Position numbers and translations under genes: made by a program. The notes below the pieces were generated by a model. That model ran no database searches and was not told where the DNA came from. It saw nothing but the letters and a program-made list of their open reading frames with translations. A DNA stretch of 64,000 nt, taken from the sequence record LC778249.1. One strand, written 5' to 3'. Shown in pieces: positions 36,800 to 48,752 of the stretch (positions are counted from its first letter, which is position 1; each line of letters opens with the position of its first letter).

Positions 36800-39700
36800 A
36801 TGAATCTGCAAATCGTCAATGACCAAGTTATGATGACTCTTCCCAACGGTCAGATTTCCGTAACAACTGCTTCCGTTGAGCAAGTAATGGAAATGGCTGA
36901 TTACAAGCCTGTCAAGTGGTATCAATTCTGGCGCAAACGTCAAACTGTGATCGTTGTTCATAATTCCGAAATCATCAAGTTCAAAGCGTGAGGTCTATCA
37001 TGGAAAAGCTGTATGCAGTAACAACCGAAGGTGATTGCGAAGGTCGCTCCGTTCGACTTCTCGGATATTACAAGGGTGAGATTCCTAAGATCGTAACTCA
37101 TATGTTGTCCGAGGGGAAAAATCCGTATTACGGATATGACTTCAAAGAGATTACTCCTGTTGAAGTTGGAAAGTTCTACGCTGACGCGGGCGGACTCGAA
37201 ATCAAACACAATAGCTATTCGACTCGCGTCACTATCAACAAAGAGAAGGATCAGCAAGCTAAAGATCTGCGAATCGCACAATCCGCAGTCCGTAATCTGA
37301 ATGCTGCACAACTGAAAGCGTTGAAGGAACATTTGAATGCTTGATTTCTTCATGAGTATCAACTGGACTACCGTTGCATTTACGTTGCTCGGTATAGCGG
37401 TTGTGATAATCGGACTGTTGTTTTCTATTATTACGACTTTTGCGGACATCACATTATCCGTATTCAAAAACCTAAAGGGGTAAACAATGAGTAAACATCC
37501 TGACATTCCAGACAACATCCGTCTCCGCGTTAAAGAATACGCGAAATCTAGCATCCGCGCATTACTCGGTGCAAAGGACATAACTCCAACTATCGTTGGA
37601 GATCACATGTTGGGCAACAAGAATTTTATAGAACTTGTTGACCGATATCGAGATTATCTGGGAGTTCCGACTGGTGGTTTAGATTCTCGACCTCGCTGGA
37701 GGAGTATTGTTCGTGATCTGATGAAAACATCGGATACCCGAGCGGTTGCACTCATGACGAAACTGGGATACAAAGTTGTATCGGGTAAGCGTGGAACTTG
37801 GACTGAAATTGCACGGGAACCGGTACAAAATCTGGACGTTCTTGAACAAAAACCGGCGAAGAAATTGAATAGCATTATGCGCATTGACATTCCGTCCGAT
37901 ATCAAGGATAATGTTGTTCATATCATCGTTCCTAAACATATTAAGCTTCTGGTAGAGCAAAAATGAGCATTCGCAACGCGGTAATAGAACATGCAATCCC
38001 GGGAATTCAGGCTTGTCCTGGTGCTCGATTCACAACTAACGACATCGTGGACATGCTTCGGGAGAATCATCAGTTCAACAAATTCCTCTCGATGTATAAT
38101 CGCAAGGATGATAAGAACAACGTGCTAAGTAAGAATCGTTGGATCGAGACTTGGGAGCGTGGTGTTCGTCTTGTCTTCAAGCAGAGTGCCGAAAACATCG
38201 AGCACATGATGGAGAAACATGGTATCGGATTCCAGCGATACAAGCATGGAACAAAAACCTGCCGTTATTGGGTTTTCGAAGTAAAATAAAGCTTGACGAT
38301 GTGGCTCTTCCATGTAGAATGAGCCACATCAAGACAACGAACTGAGGAAATAATCATGTTTAACCCGCATAATATCCGTAACAATCTGTTTGTTTCTACT
38401 AACGAAGGCGCTCTGGCCGCTGTGATCGACTGGACCGGTTGCGGTCGTACTCACGCAAGCAGCGAAGCGATCATGTTCCTTGAACAACAAGGTTATACCA
38501 TTGAACAATGTGATCGCCATTTGGGTTATATTACCGTTCGCAAAGACGGAGTTATGTCTTTCTTTGATATCGAAGCTAATCCGAAAGATCGCGAAATCGT
38601 TCTGTTGCAGGATATCTAAGATGATCAAATATTTCATCTTGCTTGGTTGGTCAATCATCGTTATCTGCCGAATTTTGTGGCAGATGACAGATAAAAAGTC
38701 CGGTGTCCATGACATGTTCAAAACAGGATTTTATGGTGTGTTGGGACTTTTGATTATTTTCATGTTAGGTGTGTGGGATATCACTCATGCGAGCTAAAAC
38801 CGAAATCACTCCTGAAATGTATCTGAAATTCGTTGGCCGAGCTGACGAACAAGACGATCTGGAGCGTTGCAACTGCCAGAATGCTGGTTTGTTTGGTCAC
38901 AATCACTGTGGTTGGAATCACAAAGAAAACTTGCCGATGTTCATGAGTTCTAAGGAAAACTTGTTCATCGATCTGCAAGCTTATTGCGGAGCAAGAATTG
39001 TTAAGGACAAGTGGGTATATCGATTCCGTACCATGTTCCCAATGTTCGCCGTTCGCGAGTCTCTGGAAGAGATCATCCAATACTGTTCAGTAAAGAGTCA
39101 CCTTTCGTTTGATAACTATGCGTATCAAGTGACCAAAGCTTTCGCCATCGGCGAGATCTGCTTGGAACGTGCCGAGTTTACTATTGTTGCTAATGACGAT
39201 TGGGCAGCAAAAGAAAAGTTTGATAAAATCGTTGACATCCTGGTGAAAGCTGATAAGCTAGACCCGTACTCAAAACACTGCATCGAACTCGACACAATCG
39301 CTCGGGTAGATGAAAAGACTTTCAATTTCAAAGGGTAATAAAAATGGTTAAAGAATCTTATCGTGGTTATGTCCGTGTTACTACCGAACGCTCCAAGCAT
39401 TTCGGTCGTGTTGTTAAGATGACCAGTTGGGACTGGCGCGACGGTATTCGCAGTGCTCGACTTGATATTGATGGTAAAACTACCTATCTATCTCTGAATA
39501 GCCTCGAAGCTGTTAGCGATGAAGTCGCGAAAAAGGAAGCTGGTAGCATGAAAACCAAGATCGATACAATCGTCCAGATCGTGACTACCGATGGCAAAGA
39601 AAATTTCATGAGCCCAGCTACCAATGCTGCCGCTATGGAAGCAGCTCGCAAGCACAAGATCGAAAACCCGACTGATCGAGTTTCCATCTGGCGTCTGAGT

Positions 39701-41915
39701 GGTCATATCTCTAACCCGCGTGTGATCACCGATTTTATCTCTGCCTGATTTGCTAATGGGCTCTAGAAATAGTGCCCATTGTCGAAAAAAGTAGTTGACA
39801 ATAAAACGCTACCTGTTAGAATGTCCACATCGAAACGACGAACGAAAGTTCAAACTTAAACTGTAATGAGAGAATATAAAATGCAAAACGTAAATCACAA
39901 GCACAAAGTTGGCACTCTGGTAATGGTAACTTCTGGTAAGTACAAGGGTGTGTTCGGCAAAATCAAATCTCATGGCAAATCGGTAGGCTATACCGTTGGT
40001 ACCAAGGGCAAAGTATATCCGACTTATGCAATCGACGCAATGTGGTATATGGATGACACCGGTAACTTCCGTCGTCTGACTATCAAGCGTGCCAACAACA
40101 CAGTCGCGTGTGGTTACGCAATCGCAAACTCACTGAACAATCTGGGAGAAACCCAAATTACCGAAGTGCTGGACATGAATATCATCACCATGCGCGGTTT
40201 CGTTCCTGATATCAATGTGTTTACCGGTGGCGCTGTTCAGTTTGTAACATCTTTCCCGTACATGGGTTATGAATTCCCGGTCAAGAACATGAAAATGGGT
40301 CCGGTTGTTGAAGTTAAACCGGAGCCGGTCAAGATTGAAACCAAGATCGCACAAGCTTCTGGTTTCGATGCTTCCGAGTTCTACATCGAGAGTGATGGCA
40401 AGATGGTGAAAGCTACCGAAGACACCATCCGTGAGATCATGAAGACTCACAAAGTTACCGAAGTTCCGGTATATGCAATGAAAAAGGTTAGCGTGTTCGA
40501 CCTGCTGTGATTTGCTAATGTGCGCTTTCGAGCGCACATTGTCGATATCATAAGAGGAAATTATTATGTTGATTACACTGAAATCACAAATCAAGTACGA
40601 TAAACCCGTTTATCTCGTTAAATGCGAAACTCGTGGTAGTGATATTACTTGTGTCATTCGAGAATGCACTCCTATTGCTGTTGGTAAATTCAATTTCACT
40701 GTGAAAGCCGCAGTTGAACATCATAATTTCAATGTTAGTTATTGCGAATTTAATATCGGTGATGAATCGGAAGTTAAACAATCGGAAGTCACTGCTCTTA
40801 ACTTTGTTTTCACTACCAGAGAAGAAGCTCAACAATATGCCAATCGTATTCAATCGCGTTTGCTGCATGATTTCGAATCTCGGGTGTTGAAAGTAGCAAA
40901 CAAAATCCATTATGCTGTCCGTTATCGTGGTATGTTCCGAGAACTTCCCCGAGCTTGTGAACTGATCGAAACTGAACAGCGCCGCGAAACTCGCGTGATT
41001 GAAGGCAAGAAATGGTACTGCGAAGAAGTGGATACGATCCATCACATTCGTTACATTGACGAATCTGCCAAAACCAGCATCAACTCGAATCTGGTTAAAG
41101 TTTTCGAAGATCTGAAAGAAGCAATGGATTTCTGTGTAGGGAAGTTCTGATATGAATGGGCGTAGAGTTAGAAGAGTACGCCCGTCAAAAGTTCTGAAAA
41201 TGAATCAACAACTCCAGTTGATCAATGACAGCATTGCCGAAGCAAACCGCATATTGAATGCTGTTGAAAGAACTGTTTTGCCGGGTGATTGGATGAACGG
41301 TCGAATTCACGACAATTTCTGTTATAACACATGGCGAACCGTAGGATGTCTGAATCTGTCTGACCACTTCTTGGTTCGATATATGGAGCGAGTTCGGAAT
41401 TATAAGTTCAACGAAGAACAAATAAAGCTAGAATATGGCTTGTATCCAGTAACTGATTCTGATATGATGAAGATCAGATGGGCAAATCGCCATGGCTTGT
41501 TCACCGAGAAACTACAGAACGAAATCAGGGAATACGTGAAGAATCCCCCTGCTGATGTTCGCATCATTAGACAGGAAGATCGAGTAATCACGCTTCTTAC
41601 ATTTGAGGATCAGTCATGAAGTGTTATAATAACAGGAGCTGGTATGAGGTAAAAGATAGCACATTTCACGGTTTAGTTCCAAAAGGCGCGTATGCGGTTG
41701 CGTATGGTACTCGAACTTATCGAACTGGTAGTTTTATTCGGGATGAAATTCGAGAACCGTGCTGGATGGTGTTAATGAGTGTTTATTCTCATGAAACACA
41801 CGATTGCGACGACATTTTTAAATGGGAAGTCGTTAATCATTTCCATACCATGGAAGAAGCTATTAAATTCAAAAACCAGTTGACTTCTATCAAAGAACAT
41901 TTTACCATACGTTAA
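36800..41915 (+). other. Hypothetical early CDS (36800-36991, 36988-37344, 37487-37966, 37963-38289, 38356-38619, 38787-39338, 39344-39748, 39881-40510, 40566-41150, 41152-41619, 41616-41915)
   Basis: Packed + strand ORFs with RBS; promoters at 38293 and 39795. Confidence 0.6.
38293..38330 (+). promoter_or_regulatory. Early stem-loop promoter (PeSL-like)
   Basis: TTGACG-N16-TAGAAT; GATGTGGCTC/GAGCCACATC. Confidence 0.85.
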
Positions 41916-41940
41916 AAGTTAGACAAACTAAGGAATTATC

Positions 41941-44688
41941 ATGAAACTGAAATCTATTATCATCGCACTTGGTCTGATTGCTGGCACTGCTAATGCCGCG
42001 GTCGTTGAAAACTTCACTCAGCACACCATGGATGAAGTTCAAGCCAAGATCGCCGCAAAGAACTCCGGTGAAGTTTGTAACATCGAATTCAGTGGTGAAG
42101 TTGGTCCAGAGCAACTGAGTATCGGCATCAACAAGAACAGTAATACCGTTGCGATCTTCGGTTACATGCTGGAAGGCAACCAAGCACTTTCTCCGATCAT
42201 GTATACACTTAACAAAAGTCAAGCTGTTGAGCTGGCTAACATGATTCCGGATATCGCCAAATCGGATGCTTCTGGCGTCGATGATGAATCTTCTATTCAA
42301 GCTAACGTAACGAAGGGTACCAAAACTCTCGTTATCGAAAAATACAATACCAACGAAGTTATGTTCGGTGTTGGTGACGAAGATTCTCTGGTAGGTGGCT
42401 ACTATGTAGACATCAAGGGCAATGAACAAATGATTGCGGATTGTGTTAGCACCGCAGCCAGCTATCTGTAATTGAGGCGAGGCCCACCAACGATAGCTCT
42501 TTTCTTACACTAACTTTTAACTTATTAAACGTTTGTGCTAGGTGAATGGGGGCATTCTTAGAGCTATCCTTAGTGGGCCGCGAATTAAAATGAAACTGAA
42601 ATTTATTCCTGTTGTTCTGCTTGCGTTGTCTTCCCAAGCTAATGCATTTGTAAATACCTGTCACGTTGTTAGCAAAATCGACAAAGAAAATCGAATGATG
42701 ATTTCTTATGCCAAGACTAGCAATGATGAGGGAATCATGGTAACATCTTACAGCGTATCGCCTTTTGGTGATCATTCTCAACCGACTAGCTTCTTCAAAA
42801 TGAGCAAGCAGGAGATCGAGAGTAAAACTGGTGATGTTCAGATCGAAAACAAATTCATGCGCGTTGAAATTGATTCTCTGGATTATATCCGCTTCGTTGG
42901 TTGTGTTAAGGAACTGAAATGAAACGTTTGATTATGTGTGCAATCGCTCTCCAGCTCTCTGGCTGCACATCCACTGCATTGTTTGATGGATATGACAAGC
43001 AAGCGATGCAAACTCAGTATTACGAAGTCCAGAAGATGGAAGAGGCGGATCGACAACTCGCGGCAAACGATGCGGAACGCGAAGTTCGAGAAGCCTACGA
43101 ATCAAAGATCAACGCTGAAATGGAACAGCGAGATCGAGAACTGCAAGAGAAAATCGCGAAACAAGAAGCCGCTAGTTTCTCCCATGACCTCGGAAATGGT
43201 CTCGGTCTTCTGAGCAAGTGTGCCGATACCCGGTATAGCAATCACGTTGTTTACAACTGGTTCAAAGCACAAGCAATCGCTGGTGGCAAAGAAAATCCTA
43301 ACTATAACGCGGCTAAAGTTCAAGCTGGATTCGAATCCGGTGTCCAACTCGGTGTAATCATGATGCATAGTCAGCCATTCGCATTCATTCAGCGTTGTAA
43401 TCAAATGAATGCTGCTTATAACATGGCTCATAGTGCTGGACATTCAAAAGTTTCAGATTTTCAATAAAAAGTGATTGACGTTGATCACTGACCATGACAT
43501 AATGACTCCACTTTCACAGAAGGAGCGAGTCATGAAATATGTTTTCACTGTAAGCGTACCGTCTAAGCGTTTCATCGAAATTACTGCCGATTTCAAAATC
43601 AAGATTGGCAACGAAATCATGGATGTTGTAGCGATTCGCTCTCCAGTTGGACATGTTATCGGTTACAATGCTACATTGACAATCGATGGTGATTTCAAGA
43701 AAGCTTGTCGTGTTGAGGATAAAATCAGATTGATGGGTTATCAATACGCAATTCGGAAAGTATAACAAGCTGGGGCTTCGGCCCCACTTTCTTAGACTTC
43801 TAACAAAAGAGGATTAAGAAAGTGGAGTCAATGGTTGACATCATAATTATGGCATTGTGCCTATTATCAATGGGGTTCAAATGAAAAAGTTTGCTTTTGC
43901 TGGTCTGATTCTGATCGCTGGTATGAGTGCTGCACAAGCTGCGGTAGTAATGGCTCGTCCTGTCACAATTTCTCGGCCTATCACCGTATCGCGTCCAGTG
44001 ACTGTCTCACATCCGAGCGTCACTCCGAATCACGCGATGAATGCAGCAACTACCATGATCATCATGAATAGCATGATGAACAGTAGCAACGCTGGTTCTA
44101 ACGACAGCAATCACGAAGAAGGTACCTATGAGGATGAGGTATTGTGCGATGAATCCGTTACTCCAGAAGAGTGCGAAGAAGCCGAAAACGTGGATAATCG
44201 CTAGTCTTCTATCGTTTTCCGTTAACGCGGAAGTAATAGATGCAAGTCAAATCTATAATCAATTAGAACAAAGCGGTGACAAGGAAGTTATCGCTTGTGG
44301 TGGGGTTGGTGTTGATAAATTTTACAACATCGGCATATATCGTCGAGGAACTGAATACTCTACCGTCATTGAAGTGTTGGATGGATATGAGAAAGTTTTG
44401 TTTCAGATTCACGGACGAGACGAACACGAAAGATTCATTAATTTCATGAATCGTTCTACATCTATAATTGATCATAGCGTTTTTCGTTCTAAACAGATAT
44501 ACGTCGGTAGACTCAACAGGATAACGTATAACATCGGCATAAGAACGTTTGATGGTAACGTTGTCTTTGACATGAATAGCGATGGTGCATTCGCCACGTT
44601 TGTTGTGCCACATAGCCAAATGAATGATATCACTTACTGTCTAAAACAAATTGACGGTGCGATGAAAAAAGTTTGGATAGACTATTGA
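41941..44688 (+). other. Cluster of predicted exported proteins (41941-42471, 42590-42922, 42919-43467 lipoprotein, 43881-44204, ~44149-44688) plus 43511-43765
   Basis: Sec signal peptides ending ANA/AQA; lipobox LSGC. Confidence 0.6.
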
Positions 44689-44740
44689 CACTAGGAGCCA
44701 GTTTGCTATACTGGCTTCACTTTCTAATGAGGAACAAATC

Positions 44741-46559
44741 ATGCTGACAATCATCGAACAAATCGAACACATTATTTCGTTCAAAAACGGTAATGAGGAT
44801 CACATGGTAGTTGTGACAAAAAGCAATAACTATCATGAAATCTCTCACTATCATAATCAAGAGTTCGGTGCAACTTGCTGGACTGTTTGTGATGAAATCG
44901 GCGTCGGCATCGAAAGTTTCGACAAATCCGATATCGTGAAATACATCAAAGGGATGGAATAATCATGAAAAGTGCAAAACGCGAACAAGTAAAAAAGGTA
45001 AAGTTTGATAATCTGGTAATTCGTATGAATCGCCATCTGTTCTGTCATGAAGTCGGCGCGAGTCGCTATATGGTTCTCCAAGATCCGTTCCATAACATCG
45101 GTTACAAGTTCACCTCGATGTTTGATTATGCACTTGGCGTTTTCAAAGGCATTACCAATATCGGATATCAATGCACCGACAAACTGCCGTCATGGCCGAA
45201 AATTTCAAATCGTCGAGGTCTGGATTATTCGGTTGTCAATATTGACGCTACCTGCGTGAGCATTTATTTCAAAGATACTTGCCCGGCACACATAGTTTGT
45301 AGTCGTCTTGGACGTCATTTTCACATCGAAAATCGGAATGCTAACATCGGTAGCTGGCCGAATCGTATGTCGGAATACAATAGTCGTGCTATTGTTGAGT
45401 TGCCTGGTAATCTGGTACCGAATTCTCCGTATGACGAGACTACCCAGAAAAGCGTTAGTTTCAATCCTAATCATTTGCTGATGTCCAAACGTGATCTGGA
45501 CATGAAGGCAATCGACGATCTAAGCAAACCCGAGCCGAAACAAGCGCGTCGTCTTATTGTTATGGAAGACATGGACAATCTGATCCCTGGCTTCATTGAT
45601 TATAACGCGAAGATGACAAAGTTCCGGGAACTGCAAAGAACTGTTGAATATTATCGTAAACAACTTGCGGATGCCAGTCGGGAATGCGATAATTACTGGG
45701 CTTCCATCGAACAAGAATGCGGTGGTGTAACCGAACAAATCAATAGCTTGAAATCATTGCTCAAGCTGACTGAGGTATAAAAATGGGTGTACGTGCAGAG
45801 AAGACGATCATCAAGCACTATTACCGCACACTAGCGGCATGTAACACGGTGATCAATCAGTTGTGCTTTGTCAACTGCCAAACCGAATCCGGTACAGCTC
45901 GGGTAAAATGCCAAGAGTGGTATATTGTCGAACAAAGCATGAAACGAATGTTTCGGCAGGCCAGTTTTGAACGACATCTGAAAACGGCAATGTTTGGAAC
46001 TGTAATGGACTTTCTTCCGAGTTTCAAGTCTGCTAGTGTCGTTTCTGTTAAAGATAAATTCTTTATCACGTTCAAATCAAACGACAATTATGTCCCGGAA
46101 TTGTTCAATCGTCTGAAAGACTCTCCGATTGTTAAGCTGGGATTCGTTGTACTCGATGCGGAGCAACGGACTATCGAGTTGCGTAGTCCTGCTATGCCGC
46201 ATTATGCCAAGCGTCCGATGCGCGGTGTTAAGGGTTGGCCTACTGAATGCAAAGCTATCATTCAGGAGAATTTCAACAACGAAAAAACTGGCAAACCTAA
46301 GGTAATAGCTACTCCGGTTGTGCCAGTTCTGGATCGAGTTCGCGAGTTGATCGAACAGGAAGTAGTTCGTCTTGGTGTTCCGTATCAAGAAAAGATTCGC
46401 GAAGTTATGAAAGCTCGCCGTAATGTTCAGAGTCAGATTGATGAAATAGAAAATCAGTTGAAGCCGCTGAAAGAAGAATATGCCAAGATGACTCGCGAGG
46501 TTGAGGAGTTGCAGATCAAGAAAGCTAATCTCCGCGATGTCGTGATTCGTCAGATCTAA
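44741..46559 (+). other. Hypothetical CDS (44741-44962, 44965-45780, 45783-46559; coiled-coil C-termini)
   Basis: After stem-loop promoter 44685-44718 (TTGACA-N16-TATACT). Confidence 0.6.
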
Positions 46560-46621
46560 GTTTACAACAAGTCAAAACGGTGATATCCTATGTGACATCA
46601 CCGTTTCTATTTGGGACAAAT

Positions 46622-47821
46622 ATGCACAAGAACGCAGAAAAAACAATTGACTTAGACGGCAATCTCATTTATCGTAATGAGAGATACGCGAACGAAGATA
46701 ACCCATGGGATCACTGGCAACAAATGCCTCATTACGTCCCGAAAGATATCATCGACGCTTATGCCGAAATAGAATTCGAATTCGATAACAACGAAGATGT
46801 GGAAGCTTTTTCAAAGCTCGCCGACTTGCCGTTAAGCGACAAGACAAAGAGTATCTGGTGGCCGAAGAAGGGACCAGACGATTACTCTGTGATTCGTTAT
46901 GTTTCGGATTATACAGACTCGAATCAACCGAAGTATCCGATCTATATCGTTTCCAAATCTCGATTCGAAAAACGTTTGACTTCCGATAGTCTTGTTCGGA
47001 TGAAAGTCAAGCATTACATTGTGGTAGAAGCTTCGCAGTTTGAAGACTATAACAGCCGAGTTGATCACGAATATGTAACTGTTCTAATTCTGGATCAAAA
47101 ATATCTGGACGAATACGATACATTCGACGATCTCGGTGCAACTCGAAGCAAAGGTCCAGGTGCGGCTCGTAACTTCGCTTGGGAACACTCGATGAAAAAC
47201 GGATTCAAGCGTCACTGGGTTATGGACGATAACCAACAGCACTTCTTCCGTCTTGACGGTAATAAGCGGGTTATCGTGAACAGCGGTGCAATCTTCCGTG
47301 CTATGGAAGATCACGTTGATCGTTATGAAAACGTGTATATCGCTGGTCCGCATTATCGTTTCTTCGCTGTGCCGAAAGAGAGTCTGCCACCGTTCGTACA
47401 GAACACCCGGATTTATAGCACTTTGTTGATTCTCAATGACATCCCATATCGTTGGAGAGGTCGTTACAACGAAGATACCGATTTGAGCTTGCGGGTTCTG
47501 AAAGATGGTCATTGCACCATTCAGTTCAACGCATATCTAACCGGTAAGCTTGTGACTCAAGCAATGGCAGGTGGTAACACAGAAGCTTTCTATGGTCACG
47601 AAGGCACTTTGCCGAAGTCACAGATGATCGTGGACATGCATCCAGACGTTGCCAGATTGCAGTGGATGAACGGCAGATGGCATCACTGGGTAGACTACTC
47701 TCCGTATCGCGGAAATCGTCTAAAACTGATTAAGCCTATTCCTGATGGTTGCAATGAATACGGGATGGTGCTAACATCTATGAAAGCATCCGAACAAGAT
47801 GCGGAAGACGAGGATCAATAA
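46622..47821 (+). CDS. TAGT/GREB1-like glycosyltransferase
   Basis: YPIYIVSKSR, GPGAARNFAWEHS, HWVMDDN, WRGRYNEDTDLSLRVLKDG, GGNT. Confidence 0.75.
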   Translation: MHKNAEKTIDLDGNLIYRNERYANEDNPWDHWQQMPHYVPKDIIDAYAEIEFEFDNNEDVEAFSKLADLPLSDKTKSIWWPKKGPDDYSVIRYVSDYTDSNQPKYPIYIVSKSRFEKRLTSDSLVRMKVKHYIVVEASQFEDYNSRVDHEYVTVLILDQKYLDEYDTFDDLGATRSKGPGAARNFAWEHSMKNGFKRHWVMDDNQQHFFRLDGNKRVIVNSGAIFRAMEDHVDRYENVYIAGPHYRFFAVPKESLPPFVQNTRIYSTLLILNDIPYRWRGRYNEDTDLSLRVLKDGHCTIQFNAYLTGKLVTQAMAGGNTEAFYGHEGTLPKSQMIVDMHPDVARLQWMNGRWHHWVDYSPYRGNRLKLIKPIPDGCNEYGMVLTSMKASEQDAEDEDQ

Positions 47822-48021
47822 TGGCGTATGTAAACCCAGATGCAGCTCCAGAGCATATAATCGAGAAAATGAAATCTAGCAAGCGGACGATCAAAGTCCG
47901 CTTTGCATCAAAAGAAAAGTTCGACGCTTTTGTGGCACAAACCGGCCTTGCTATCGACAAGAATACGAAGCATGTTAAATTCCCACAACATCCCGGACTT
48001 GCGTCTATATTCGAAATCTGA
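47821..48021 (+). CDS. Small protein resembling the N-terminal domain of the preceding gene
   Basis: IKVRFASKEKFDAF...DKNTKHVKFP vs IEFEFDNNEDVEAF...SDKTKSIWWP. Confidence 0.55.
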   Translation: MAYVNPDAAPEHIIEKMKSSKRTIKVRFASKEKFDAFVAQTGLAIDKNTKHVKFPQHPGLASIFEI

Positions 48022-48047
48022 GGGCTTCGGCCCTCTTTGGAGATAAT

Positions 48048-48752
48048 GTGAGTGAAAAAAGAAAACGTGTAGCGCATAATCAATGGGCTAAGTTCCTGAA
48101 TCGCTGCACGGCCACCTATATCGATAAACCGAAAACTACGATCATGCCGTCTAATATTCGCAATGCAATGCGTCGCGAACTGAAAGCAATGGTAGAAGCT
48201 CGCGGTAGAAAACAGGTTTATCTTATGGGTCAAGTATTCGGCGCGTATGTGTTCGATGATAAATGGCCTCGCCTCGTTGGATATGAGGTGAATTATTCAA
48301 TTCATAGCGATTCAACTACCGTTGTTTTGCAGTTCGCGAAACTTGGTCAACTTAGACTGGTTGAGGAGTTCGCTAAGAATATGATTCTCTATTCTGGTAT
48401 GGCAATTTCGCATACCGATACCGAGATTCATATTAACATGAAATTGCCTGATCGGTATATCCCCATGTGGCCGAAACCAGCGAAGCCTCAAGCTCCGGTG
48501 AAAGCAGAACCAGATCGTCGCGTGTTACAAATTGATGTCGGTAATATGACCACGGAAGAGCTTCGTTTGCATGTTCAGAGCATTCAATCCGAGATCAATC
48601 GACGCAATACCGAGACTGCCGAAGCTATGGTAAGGGCATATATTGCAGATCGCGCAAGACTGCTGGAACAGCGGAACGTACTCCGCACGGCTATCGAACA
48701 GTTCGGTATGTCTGAGAAATACGCGGGACAGTTCAATGTCCACGCTGTTTGA
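48048..48752 (+). CDS. Hypothetical protein
   Basis: GGAG RBS, GTG start. Confidence 0.65.
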   Translation: MSEKRKRVAHNQWAKFLNRCTATYIDKPKTTIMPSNIRNAMRRELKAMVEARGRKQVYLMGQVFGAYVFDDKWPRLVGYEVNYSIHSDSTTVVLQFAKLGQLRLVEEFAKNMILYSGMAISHTDTEIHINMKLPDRYIPMWPKPAKPQAPVKAEPDRRVLQIDVGNMTTEELRLHVQSIQSEINRRNTETAEAMVRAYIADRARLLEQRNVLRTAIEQFGMSEKYAGQFNVHAV

